Shown here piece by piece: positions 27,234 to 35,248 of a stretch of DNA of 64,000 nt. The DNA is from a virus: positions 602-64,601 of the IMG/VR virus record IMGVR_UViG_3300023212_000059. One strand, given 5' to 3'. The translations under genes and the position numbers were made by a program. Each line of letters begins with the position of its first letter. Positions within the stretch are counted from its first letter, which is position 1. Below the pieces are notes generated by a model. That model worked only from the letters and a program-made list of their open reading frames with translations, had not been told where the DNA came from and ran no database searches.

Positions 27234-27426
27234 GTGAACCCTGCCTCTCTGCGCCCTTCAGAAGCTTCTTGCCCTCTCGAACCAGAGCCGGCGCGAGCCC
27301 ATAGGTCTCCAGGACCCGCAGAGCCCGGCGCAACAGCCGCATCGACAGAGACAGCCTCCGCATCCCGACCCCTCTCTTGAACGCCTCGGCCATCTCACTG
27401 TCGTAGTCTTCGTAGTAGTTGCTCAC
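27175..27426 (-). CDS. hypothetical protein
   Basis: GTGA-coupled ORF; overlaps the next gene. Confidence 0.4.
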   Translation of the reverse strand: MSNYYEDYDSEMAEAFKRGVGMRRLSLSMRLLRRALRVLETYGLAPALVREGKKLLKGAERQGSHEGRLRMVRQGPGGEGTSG

Positions 27427-27686
27427 GCGGACCACCCCCTTGCAGTCCGAGCCTGAAGGTATTCCACCTCCGCCGCCAGTGCGGCCTCACGGCTCGGGTA
27501 CACCTCATCGAGCATGATGGTGTTGTTCGGCCACAACACCCTCCAGCCTTGCTCGTCGTTGTCGTACTCGACGTTGCTGGCCCGCTCGACGGCCAGCGTT
27601 GGTCCGATGATCCGCTTCAGGTCCACCTCTTCGGTGTACAGGGTCTCGACCCTTCCACCTCCCGACCGGATCACGATGGTCTTCAT
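27423..27686 (-). CDS. small protein typically found with DUF2997/DUF1257 modules
   Basis: IVIRSGG...LYTE.VDL...VERASNVEY...W...F/YPSREAALAAEVEYL pattern. Confidence 0.65.
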   Translation of the reverse strand: MKTIVIRSGGGRVETLYTEEVDLKRIIGPTLAVERASNVEYDNDEQGWRVLWPNNTIMLDEVYPSREAALAAEVEYLQARTARGWSA

Positions 27687-27708
27687 GTTTCCCTCCAGCA
27701 GGAAATTT

Positions 27709-27801
27709 TTAGTGAATCAACCCCGCGCCTTTCATCGCGAGGAAGAACACGTAAACCAGAGACACGTAGCACACGGACCAGAGCACTATCCGCCACCACA
27801 T
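27709..27801 (-). CDS. 30-aa hydrophobic peptide MWWRIVLWSVCYVSLVYVFFLAMKGAGLIH
   Basis: Fills the gap exactly; single TM segment. Confidence 0.45.
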   Translation of the reverse strand: MWWRIVLWSVCYVSLVYVFFLAMKGAGLIH

Positions 27802-27803
27802 GG

Positions 27804-27986
27804 CTACGTGCTCTGGTACTCAGACTGCTCGGACGTCTGGTACATCTCGGGCGTCGGCGCATCCGAGACCTTCACGCCCAGGAGCCGTTCGAGCCCCTTG
27901 GTCGCCTCGGCGCACGCCGGACCAGAGAAGCCCTCCGTCTTCACCGTGAACTTCCCACCCTTCGAACGGATGACGATGCGCTCCAT
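27804..27986 (-). CDS. DUF2997 family protein
   Basis: IVI...G.FTVKTEGFSGPACAEATKGLERLLG...TPEMYQ. Confidence 0.8.
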   Translation of the reverse strand: MERIVIRSKGGKFTVKTEGFSGPACAEATKGLERLLGVKVSDAPTPEMYQTSEQSEYQST

Positions 27987-27987
27987 G

Positions 27988-28365
27988 TCACACCTCCCTC
28001 TTCAGTATAGCGATCTCAGAGTTTCGTTTCACGAATTCTGGAGTGAACGACTTCTTGAACTCCGGGTCCGTGGCCCGGAACTTCAGACGGAACACGAGCC
28101 CTTCATCACCAGGCTGGAACCAGAACTGCACACGCTGCACCTTCGGCTTGAACGAGAACAGCATCTCGAACGCTGCTGCCGTGGTCTCGTACCCGATACC
28201 AGATTCAGCCGGACCCTTCGCCAACCACTGCATGGCTTCGGAGAGCCCGACCCGACGGAACGAGTACGTCCCGTCCGACGACAGCACGGCCGATGAAAGG
28301 ATGTACCGGCCGTGCGGCCGTTGGACGCCTTCAAGCCCCTGGATGCCGTTGAACGGCGTGCCCAT
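27988..28365 (-). CDS. DUF1874 / STIV B116 / AcrIII-1-like protein (His-to-Tyr variant)
   Basis: YILSSAVL...EA...SGIGYETTA...QRVQ...GD.GLVFRLKFR matches the B116/YddF pattern. Confidence 0.7.
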   Translation of the reverse strand: MGTPFNGIQGLEGVQRPHGRYILSSAVLSSDGTYSFRRVGLSEAMQWLAKGPAESGIGYETTAAAFEMLFSFKPKVQRVQFWFQPGDEGLVFRLKFRATDPEFKKSFTPEFVKRNSEIAILKREV

Positions 28366-28366
28366 C

Positions 28367-28789
28367 TCAGTACCGTTGCAGGTAGATCACCTGCTCGTCG
28401 CCGTCCATCTCTCGGCTGGCCACGAAGTTGTTGATGCCGGCCTCCTGCTGCGCCGCCGCCCAGACGTACTCGTTCATGAGCTTCGACGCATTCTCCCCGA
28501 GAATCTTGCGACCCTCCGAGTCGCGGCCGAAGCTCCCGCTCAGAAGCTCCGAGTCGCAGACGAAGTCATACGACTGCGTCTGGTCGTTGCGCTTCAGACC
28601 CAGGTCGTACTTGCCGGGAAGCGACACGACGTAGTCGCACTCGGGCGCCTCGTCGTTGTACATCTTCGCGTCGGTGTAGTAGTACCGAGGCTTCCCACCG
28701 ACCTTGAGCGTCAGCCCCATGTTCTGGAGCGCGACGCGAAGCACGTCGATGTCCGTGATCTGGGAATTTCCCTTGACGATGTGGCTCAT
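28367..28789 (-). CDS. DUF1257 family protein
   Basis: MSHI....QITDIDVLRVAL..MG...CDYVV....YDLG......YDFVCD. Confidence 0.75.
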   Translation of the reverse strand: MSHIVKGNSQITDIDVLRVALQNMGLTLKVGGKPRYYYTDAKMYNDEAPECDYVVSLPGKYDLGLKRNDQTQSYDFVCDSELLSGSFGRDSEGRKILGENASKLMNEYVWAAAQQEAGINNFVASREMDGDEQVIYLQRY

Positions 28790-28851
28790 TTGCCTACCCC
28801 TTTCTCTGCTTCCTCTAGCGTGGGATACACGTCCCACGAAGCACCGCACTG

Positions 28852-29094
28852 TCAGCCATGACCAGACGTGTCCGACCACTCCATGAAAACACCGAACCGT
28901 CCATCCGAGAGCAGAACAATGATCTTCGACTCCGTGTCCTCGTACGTCTGGGCTTCCTCGATGTAAGCATCGACAACGTGCGTCACTGACTCCAAGACTT
29001 CATCCGTCATCTCGGGGAGCCAATGATCAGAGTCGCGAAACGCCTTCGCGTACTCTCTGAAGTCCGGAACGGAAATTTCCTTGCGCACCTTCAT
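28852..29094 (-). CDS. acidic hypothetical protein
   Basis: 80 aa; ends WSDTSGHG. Confidence 0.55.
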   Translation of the reverse strand: MKVRKEISVPDFREYAKAFRDSDHWLPEMTDEVLESVTHVVDAYIEEAQTYEDTESKIIVLLSDGRFGVFMEWSDTSGHG

Positions 29095-29248
29095 GACCAA
29101 TCCCCCTGCTGAATGATTCGCCACATCTCACCCTCAGAGATATGGAGTCCATCCGCCATCCGTCGGACCATACGACGGGTATCCCTCCGTAGCTTCCAGC
29201 ACTGAAGCCGAAGCACTGCGACGTAGATCGTATTCCACATCGAGTAGA

Positions 29249-30178
29249 TCACGACTTGATCCTCCGCGAATACGCTGCCGTGATCAGGTTCACGTCCCCG
29301 ATGTTCGAGGCAATCTTCCGTACCGACTCCAGAGCGTTCGTGAGCGACGTCACGGCTGCCGCGTCAGTCTGGTACGTCTCGGCCGTCGCCAGCGACCGCG
29401 ACAGTTCCTCCAGCTTCGCTTCGACCTGAGAATCGCCCACGAAGTTGAGGCTCTTGAACTTCCCGACGAATTCGCGGATTCGGTTCAGGCTGCCCTCACC
29501 CAGAGAGCCGTTCTTCACCCGCTCCGCGATGGAGTTGCAAAGCTCAACCGTCTGACCGCGCAATGCCGAGACCGCCTCTCCAAGGAAGCGGTTCATCCGC
29601 TCGTCGAGCTTCGCCTGGTACTTGGCGATGGCGGCATCCTCGGCTTGCTGCTTCTTGATCACCTTCGGCATTGTAATCGAATACAGGCTGTATTCAAAGC
29701 TGAATTTACCGGACAGGAGCTTACGATCCGGGTACTGCTTCTCCAGCCGGCGGCGGTGTTCCGGGAACCGCTTCAGATACTCTTCCCGGCGCACCTCGTA
29801 GTTGCGGAGGAAGTCATCGACCGCTCCCTCGAACTCCTTCTTGATCTCTTCGAGCGTCTTCACCAGGTCGTCCATCTTCGCGGCCGGCACGAACTGTCCC
29901 TCGCCGACCGGGAACTTGAACGAGACCTTCTCAATCTCGTACCGGGCACGATCCGCATAGCGGCCCCACCGCAGCACGTCTTCCTTCGGCAGCAACCGCT
30001 TCGTGCCGAGCCCTGCCACGAACTCGGGAAGCTCGGCACGCTTCACGCCCAGGTCCTTCTCCGAGTTGGCGCGCGTGGCTCGCCAGAACTCGACGTCCAG
30101 GTTCACCAGCACGCCGTCGGTGAACAGCCGCTCCATTGTCTCGTGCGTCCGCTCGTCGTGCTTGACGTTGGCAGTCAT
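29249..30178 (-). CDS. DUF3150-like helical protein with RRIKS C-terminus
   Basis: GVLVNLDVEFWRA...GTKRLLP...FVP; directly after the Ycf46-type AAA gene. Confidence 0.65.
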   Translation of the reverse strand: MTANVKHDERTHETMERLFTDGVLVNLDVEFWRATRANSEKDLGVKRAELPEFVAGLGTKRLLPKEDVLRWGRYADRARYEIEKVSFKFPVGEGQFVPAAKMDDLVKTLEEIKKEFEGAVDDFLRNYEVRREEYLKRFPEHRRRLEKQYPDRKLLSGKFSFEYSLYSITMPKVIKKQQAEDAAIAKYQAKLDERMNRFLGEAVSALRGQTVELCNSIAERVKNGSLGEGSLNRIREFVGKFKSLNFVGDSQVEAKLEELSRSLATAETYQTDAAAVTSLTNALESVRKIASNIGDVNLITAAYSRRIKS

Positions 30179-31731
30179 TACTTGATCCTCCTTCCGGTCG
30201 CCGTCTCAGCGCTGGAGCTTTTTCCCGCTGGTCGGATTTTGTGGTCCTTCGCCCACTTGCGAATGGCCTCCACATCACTCGCCCGTGAGACTGACAGAGG
30301 CGTGATCGCCTCAATCGCCTCGGCCAGCCGCTCGAACGACACTGACTTCTCGCTAGCCGAGAATGCTGCCTGCATCGCTGCCTGAACGATGTTGCGAATC
30401 TCGCGGCCGTTGTAGCCGTGAGTCTTGATGGCCAGCCGCCGGATTTTCTCAGCGTCCAGCTTGATGTTCCGCGCGGCGAGATGGATGGTGAAAATCTCCA
30501 CCAACTCATCTTCGTCGGGCAGGTCCACGAAGTACGTCCGCTGGAACCGGTTCATCATCTCCGGGGGCAACTGGTCCACGCGGTTGATCGTCGCGACGAC
30601 CATCACCCGAGCCCGGAACTGCTCGAACCACGTCAGGATGGTTGCACCGATGCGCGCCTCCCAAGGATTCTGGGTGCTCGCACCGCTGGCGCCAGCGAGA
30701 CCCTTTTCGGCCTCGTCCCACCAGTCCACGACCGGCGCCATCGCTTCGACGAGCTTGTTGCGCTGCTCGATGTTGTTCTCAGCGGCACCGACCTTGCCAC
30801 CGCCGGCCGAGAAGATTCGGCCGAAGTCAGTGCGCACCGCACCGACCTGGAGCAGTTGTGGAATCGCCTCCGCCGTAAGGGACTTACCGGTCCCAGGCAC
30901 GCCGATGAGCGCGATGGAACGCGGGAAGTCTTCGTCACGGAACCCGAACGCCTTCGCCTTGTCCGGGTTGTGGAAGATCGGAGCGATGACCTTCAGGTCA
31001 GCCTTCAGGTTGCCGAGCCCACCCACGTCGTCGATGCTGACCTTCGGCTCGACCCACTCGACCAGGTTCGACTTCTTGATCGCACCGGCCTTCTCGTTGC
31101 GGACCGTCGCGACCGCCCGGCCGTTGAACTTCCGCACCTTGTCGTCGCGCGTCCGAGACCACGCCAGCGAGAACGCGTTCTCCGCCTCGCTGCTCGTGAG
31201 CCCCGACGCTGCGTCGAGGATAGCCGCGCGGTCCTCCACCTCGGGCTTGCCGCGCGCGTAGGTCTTCCCGACTTCCGCCACCACGGCGTCGAGCTTGTCG
31301 CCCAACTCTTCGCGGGTCGGGAGCGCGAAGTTGACGACGGTCATCTCCTTCTCAAGCTCGGTCGGGATGTCCAGAACCGGCGAGAGAATGATCAGAGTCT
31401 TAGCCTGAGACTTGCAGAGCGGAATGATGTCCCGGAGCATCCGGTTCGTGGCCGGATTCTTCAGATACGGGTGGAAGTCACGGAAGATGTACAGCGCCTC
31501 CGACGGCATATTGATCACCTGCTCGATGGCCTGCTTCGGGTCTTGGCTCTTCTGCACCTTGCCGTCGTCGCTGGCCCACCCCTGCGTGACCGACCAGCGC
31601 CAGAACCCGGCCTTCTCAGCCTTCGCGACTTCCTGAAGCTCCTTCTCCGCGCGCTCTTCCTCGTGAGTGACGATCCAGAGCGCCGGAAAGGCTGCCTGGG
31701 TGTAATCGGTGATGTCGCTCTTGAAGCTCAT
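30178..31731 (-). CDS. Ycf46-type AAA+ ATPase with RRIK C-terminus
   Basis: N-terminal P.LWIVTHEEER / FRDFH degenerate domain; Walker A GVPGTGKS, Walker B WWDEAEK, SRH ATINR...RF...FVDLP. Confidence 0.9.
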   Translation of the reverse strand: MSFKSDITDYTQAAFPALWIVTHEEERAEKELQEVAKAEKAGFWRWSVTQGWASDDGKVQKSQDPKQAIEQVINMPSEALYIFRDFHPYLKNPATNRMLRDIIPLCKSQAKTLIILSPVLDIPTELEKEMTVVNFALPTREELGDKLDAVVAEVGKTYARGKPEVEDRAAILDAASGLTSSEAENAFSLAWSRTRDDKVRKFNGRAVATVRNEKAGAIKKSNLVEWVEPKVSIDDVGGLGNLKADLKVIAPIFHNPDKAKAFGFRDEDFPRSIALIGVPGTGKSLTAEAIPQLLQVGAVRTDFGRIFSAGGGKVGAAENNIEQRNKLVEAMAPVVDWWDEAEKGLAGASGASTQNPWEARIGATILTWFEQFRARVMVVATINRVDQLPPEMMNRFQRTYFVDLPDEDELVEIFTIHLAARNIKLDAEKIRRLAIKTHGYNGREIRNIVQAAMQAAFSASEKSVSFERLAEAIEAITPLSVSRASDVEAIRKWAKDHKIRPAGKSSSAETATGRRIK

Positions 31732-31744
31732 GTCGTCCCTCCCT

Positions 31745-31790
31745 ACGTTGAATTTACTTCAAGCCCTCCGTTCCTGTCAACAGGATTTTT
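31745..31790 (-). promoter_or_regulatory. early promoter (TTGACA-18-TAAATT) with a TTGA-N7-TCAA dyad over the -10
   Basis: -35 at 31775-31780, -10 at 31751-31756; near-duplicate of the promoter at 36664-36707. Confidence 0.75.
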
Positions 31791-31990
31791 CGAAGCGTAC
31801 CTCCGAACCACGAAAGCACCGGCTTCCGCCGGTCGTGGGTCCGTTGCGTGCCCTTGTAGACGACCACACTCAGACCTTCGTGCGGGTCGATGAAACACGC
31901 GATGCGCGCTGGTCCATCGACGGCGACTTCGACGTGTTCATTGTGACTCGGCCAGATCGTGACGTCGAGCGGTCGGTCCTTCTTCTTCAC
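31754..31990 (-). CDS. early hypothetical protein
   Basis: ATGA-coupled, 78 aa. Confidence 0.55.
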   Translation of the reverse strand: MKKKDRPLDVTIWPSHNEHVEVAVDGPARIACFIDPHEGLSVVVYKGTQRTHDRRKPVLSWFGGTLRKILLTGTEGLK

Positions 31991-32193
31991 AGGTACACCC
32001 CCGTGTGAAGCTTCGGCTTCGGCGCGTCCTGCGCCTTGCGCTCCATCTCGTCGATGACTTCGAGCATCGTGTTCACGCTGATCGCCAACTCCACCTCGTC
32101 CGAGAGCTTCGGCTTCGGCGGATCGTACTTCTTCTGCGTCGAGACCTGCACGACCTTCCCGTCCTTCACGACGTAGCGGCCGTACTTGCTCAT
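31987..32193 (-). CDS. early hypothetical protein
   Basis: GGGG RBS, 68 aa. Confidence 0.6.
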   Translation of the reverse strand: MSKYGRYVVKDGKVVQVSTQKKYDPPKPKLSDEVELAISVNTMLEVIDEMERKAQDAPKPKLHTGVYL

Positions 32194-32203
32194 GTCAGAC
32201 CCC

Positions 32204-32761
32204 CTACACCCATGCAGGTTGCTTGTCAGTCGAGGGAAGTCCCCCCAGGTAACTCAACACCTCGTCTGGCACCGGCTCGTGTAACCACGCCGTGCCGTGC
32301 TTGTAGCCGCACGTCGGGCACGGCTCGCACATGAGACCTTTCGGATGATCCTTACGGGTCACCCACGTCAGCATGTTCCACGTCGTGGGTCCGTTAGGTC
32401 CGCAATGCTTACCGTAGACGTCGAGCGGCTTGCTAGGATCAATCGGCCGCTCGTTCCACTTCTCAGCACGCTGATGCTCGCAGCCGGCTCGCATATTGTT
32501 GAGGTGCCAGCGATCCCACGTCGCCAGCAATTTCTCGACAGCCTCAGCGTTCCAGCCGGGAGCGAACTCGGCGAACTGTTCAGACTTCAGGTGTCTGTCG
32601 ATTTGACCGCACGAGCCACGGCAATCGCCGTTGCTCATCGGCCCCTCGACACCAATGAATGACAGCTTCGTCTTGCCGTCCTCCCGAGTCACAGTGATCT
32701 TGACGAACACGTCACCTTCGCGAACACGACCGAGTCGAAGGATTTTCGTCTTCTCGATCAT
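32204..32761 (-). CDS. conserved-looking phage early protein
   Basis: SCGQI...WDRWHLNNMRAGCEHQ...CPTCGYKHGTAWL. Confidence 0.7.
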   Translation of the reverse strand: MIEKTKILRLGRVREGDVFVKITVTREDGKTKLSFIGVEGPMSNGDCRGSCGQIDRHLKSEQFAEFAPGWNAEAVEKLLATWDRWHLNNMRAGCEHQRAEKWNERPIDPSKPLDVYGKHCGPNGPTTWNMLTWVTRKDHPKGLMCEPCPTCGYKHGTAWLHEPVPDEVLSYLGGLPSTDKQPAWV

Positions 32762-33261
32762 GACACACCTCCCAGGTCGATGATTTCCTTCCGAAGCTTG
32801 TTGATCTCCGCCTCGTGCTCAGCGATCTTCTCTCGGCGCTTCTCGATTTCCTCCGCGACGTGAGCAGCCTGAGCGTCAATGAGCGCTCCAGGATTCTGCT
32901 TGGCGAAGTTCCGCACGGCGGCAGTCAGTTCCTCGCCGATCTTCTTCCGAGCGGAAGTGCTCGCGCCATCGACAGTCAGCCCCGGCCGGTACAAGTGCAG
33001 CCAATAGACCTGCGTCCGACCGTCCTCGTACCGCATCGGTTCCCACTGACCGTTGTACAGACCGAAGTGAGCGGAGCCCCGGTACGTGACGCCGAACACG
33101 GTCAGACCCTCTGTCGTGCTCCGCTTCGTGCTCAGGTCCACGAAGATGTGGTCACCCTGAGTCGGCCTCATCTCGACTTCCCCGTACTTCGTTGTGATGA
33201 TCCGACCGGCTGGAGCCTGATACTTCTTGTTGCACTTGAGGCAGACTCGCCATCCGCTCAT
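32758..33261 (-). CDS. early hypothetical protein
   Basis: 167 aa, coupled. Confidence 0.65.
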   Translation of the reverse strand: MSGWRVCLKCNKKYQAPAGRIITTKYGEVEMRPTQGDHIFVDLSTKRSTTEGLTVFGVTYRGSAHFGLYNGQWEPMRYEDGRTQVYWLHLYRPGLTVDGASTSARKKIGEELTAAVRNFAKQNPGALIDAQAAHVAEEIEKRREKIAEHEAEINKLRKEIIDLGGVS

Positions 33262-33695
33262 GACTCCACCTCCACCAGGCCGCTTCCGTAGTCCGCCGGA
33301 GTTGCCGGCACAAGCAACGGGATAGAGCCGTACGCGGCAGCGGTCATGAGGTACACCTTCTCGACGCTGTCCCGGTTCCGGAACCAGACCTTCACCCGGC
33401 CGTCGTCCTGACCGAGCGCCGCAACCCGCACGTACTCTCCAGCATCGAGCATCGACTTCGTGGCAGCCTCACGCTTCACGAACGACTCGTGCGCAGCCTC
33501 GCAGCCAAGAGCCCGATGACCTTCGGCGCTCATCCCGACTTTGATCTTGGGATTCTTCCGGCACGCCGGGCAGAGCGCGGTAGCCTGGCAGTAGCCGAAC
33601 GGGCACCGAACCTTCCGAACACCACCGGCATTGCCGCAAGCATCACAGCAGAGCCGACCGCGTCCACTGTGACGACCCTCGTAAACGTATCCCAT
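33258..33695 (-). CDS. Cys-rich early protein
   Basis: CCDACG...CPFGYC...CPAC. Confidence 0.65.
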   Translation of the reverse strand: MGYVYEGRHSGRGRLCCDACGNAGGVRKVRCPFGYCQATALCPACRKNPKIKVGMSAEGHRALGCEAAHESFVKREAATKSMLDAGEYVRVAALGQDDGRVKVWFRNRDSVEKVYLMTAAAYGSIPLLVPATPADYGSGLVEVES

Positions 33696-33704
33696 TGGCC
33701 CCTT

Positions 33705-33929
33705 CTACTTCGGACCTTCGATGCCGGGGACCTTCGGCAGACTGTTCACACCCCGAGTGACAGTCTTTCCAGCAAGATTCCAAGCGATGGCGAGCCCTTC
33801 ATCCTGCCAGTTCGAGCGAATGTGCTCAGCTTTCTCGTTGCACACCTCTTCGAGTGCGTCGAGCACTTCCCGCACGCTCGTCGCGTCCACAAGAGCTTCG
33901 ATCTTCTCCTTCAACTCTTCCCACTTCAT
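33705..33929 (-). CDS. early hypothetical protein
   Basis: VCNEKAEHIRSNWQD; AGGAG RBS. Confidence 0.65.
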   Translation of the reverse strand: MKWEELKEKIEALVDATSVREVLDALEEVCNEKAEHIRSNWQDEGLAIAWNLAGKTVTRGVNSLPKVPGIEGPK

Positions 33930-33965
33930 GGCGCGCTCCTTCCTCGCACGCCGTGCGTGCGTAGA

Positions 33966-34274
33966 CTAAAGCCTCGTCCGACGGCCGGTGATGACGTTCA
34001 CGACTGTCGTGTCTCGACCGAATGCGGCCCGCATCTCGGCCATCTCTTCAGCCGACGGCCGGCGCCGACGCTGACTCTTCCGATACTTCTCGACGAACGC
34101 GAGCGTATCGGCTTCACGAGCCGCAATGCTCTTCGTGTAGTCGAACGGCAGACCGGCACCATGCCACGCGACCAGGATGTCTAGCGGCGGAACCTGACCG
34201 TTGCTGTTCCAACGCGGCACGCCGTTCGTCACTGTCGCGCGCTCGAACATTTCGACGATCCGTTCGTCAACCAT
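33966..34274 (-). CDS. conserved-looking phage early protein
   Basis: RWNSNGQVPP...EEMAEMRAAFG..TTVVNVITG. Confidence 0.7.
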   Translation of the reverse strand: MVDERIVEMFERATVTNGVPRWNSNGQVPPLDILVAWHGAGLPFDYTKSIAAREADTLAFVEKYRKSQRRRRPSAEEMAEMRAAFGRDTTVVNVITGRRTRL

Positions 34275-34583
34275 TCATGCCTCCACGTCGATGCACTCTG
34301 CGCGCTCGATACGAGCGCCACCCTGCCTGAGAGTCGAGACGAACAGATCGAACGCCGGGAACGAGATGGCCTCGTGTCCCCGGACGCGCAGCCGGTACAT
34401 CATCGTCCGACCGCCGTGCTCGTTGGTCTCCGGCGAGAGTCCGACATCTTCCCACCGGAAAGACAGGCCGACGGCTGGCGCGAGCAGCCATGAGGCAAGG
34501 GTCGCCGATCCCGCTGCGCTCAGATGCTCCAGGTAGTCGAACGGCAACACCGCGTCGATGGCGATTTCCTTGACGTTGGCCAT
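34275..34583 (-). CDS. early hypothetical protein
   Basis: GGAGG RBS; starts MANVKE. Confidence 0.6.
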   Translation of the reverse strand: MANVKEIAIDAVLPFDYLEHLSAAGSATLASWLLAPAVGLSFRWEDVGLSPETNEHGGRTMMYRLRVRGHEAISFPAFDLFVSTLRQGGARIERAECIDVEA

Positions 34584-34584
34584 G

Positions 34585-34794
34585 CTAGCCTCCGATCTTG
34601 ACCAGGACTGTGCCACCCGTGGTTGGGTCAAGCATCAAGACTCCCTCACGCAGTTTTCGCAGGCATTTCAGGCAGCCAACGATTTTCGGGTCGTCAACCA
34701 ACACGCTCTCGCCACCCATGCGGGTACGACGGCAAGCCGCGTGGCCAGCGACGCGAAAATGATTCGCGTGCCAAGTCACGATTCGTTTGGCCAT
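34585..34794 (-). CDS. early hypothetical protein
   Basis: GAGGG RBS; CxxC. Confidence 0.5.
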   Translation of the reverse strand: MAKRIVTWHANHFRVAGHAACRRTRMGGESVLVDDPKIVGCLKCLRKLREGVLMLDPTTGGTVLVKIGG

Positions 34795-34796
34795 TC

Positions 34797-35021
34797 TCAG
34801 ACCCTCCACGGAATGGGACTGACGGGAGTGGAACTCCCGCAGATGATTCCACCGATCCCAGGTTCCGGCCGACTGCCACGGAACGCACAGGCACGTACGT
34901 AGCGGACCTGACCGCACGCCGGGCACACGTACTTGAAGACCGTGTACCACGGCGGCTGGAATCCGCGACGGCGCTCCTGACCAACCGGATGCCGAAGGTC
35001 GATGATTCCCTCGCAGTTCAT
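34797..35021 (-). CDS. early Zn-ribbon protein
   Basis: CPACG; ATGA-coupled. Confidence 0.55.
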   Translation of the reverse strand: MNCEGIIDLRHPVGQERRRGFQPPWYTVFKYVCPACGQVRYVRACAFRGSRPEPGIGGIICGSSTPVSPIPWRV

Positions 35022-35248
35022 AGTTGAATTTCCTCCACTCGAAAGTTTCGGCAGGGCCACTTGTCCTCGAAGACTGACTGAAGATTCGGAACCTCGACGA
35101 ACGCTGCCATCGACCGACCGACTCGAACCGGGCCGTACCGCTTTCCATCTTTGATGCCGATATACTCGCAGTACCCGTTCTCGTCGGAAGTTACCGCGTA
35201 CAACTTTCCGCTCTTCATGTTCATGATGACCGTGCCTCGTTCAATCAT
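35018..35248 (-). CDS. early hypothetical protein
   Basis: ATGA-coupled, 76 aa. Confidence 0.6.
   Translation of the reverse strand: MIERGTVIMNMKSGKLYAVTSDENGYCEYIGIKDGKRYGPVRVGRSMAAFVEVPNLQSVFEDKWPCRNFRVEEIQL

Noticed and set aside
26202-27739. 13-bp repeat GCCTTTCATCGCG at 26202 and 27727
   Set aside because: Matches of this length are expected by chance in 64 kb.
5422-30192. Explaining RRIK purely as a Shine-Dalgarno by-product (GGAGG-ATCAAG)
   Set aside because: Three copies lack GGAGG yet keep R-R-I-K through other codons, and an SD does not explain the Ile-Lys part. It may still contribute in five copies.
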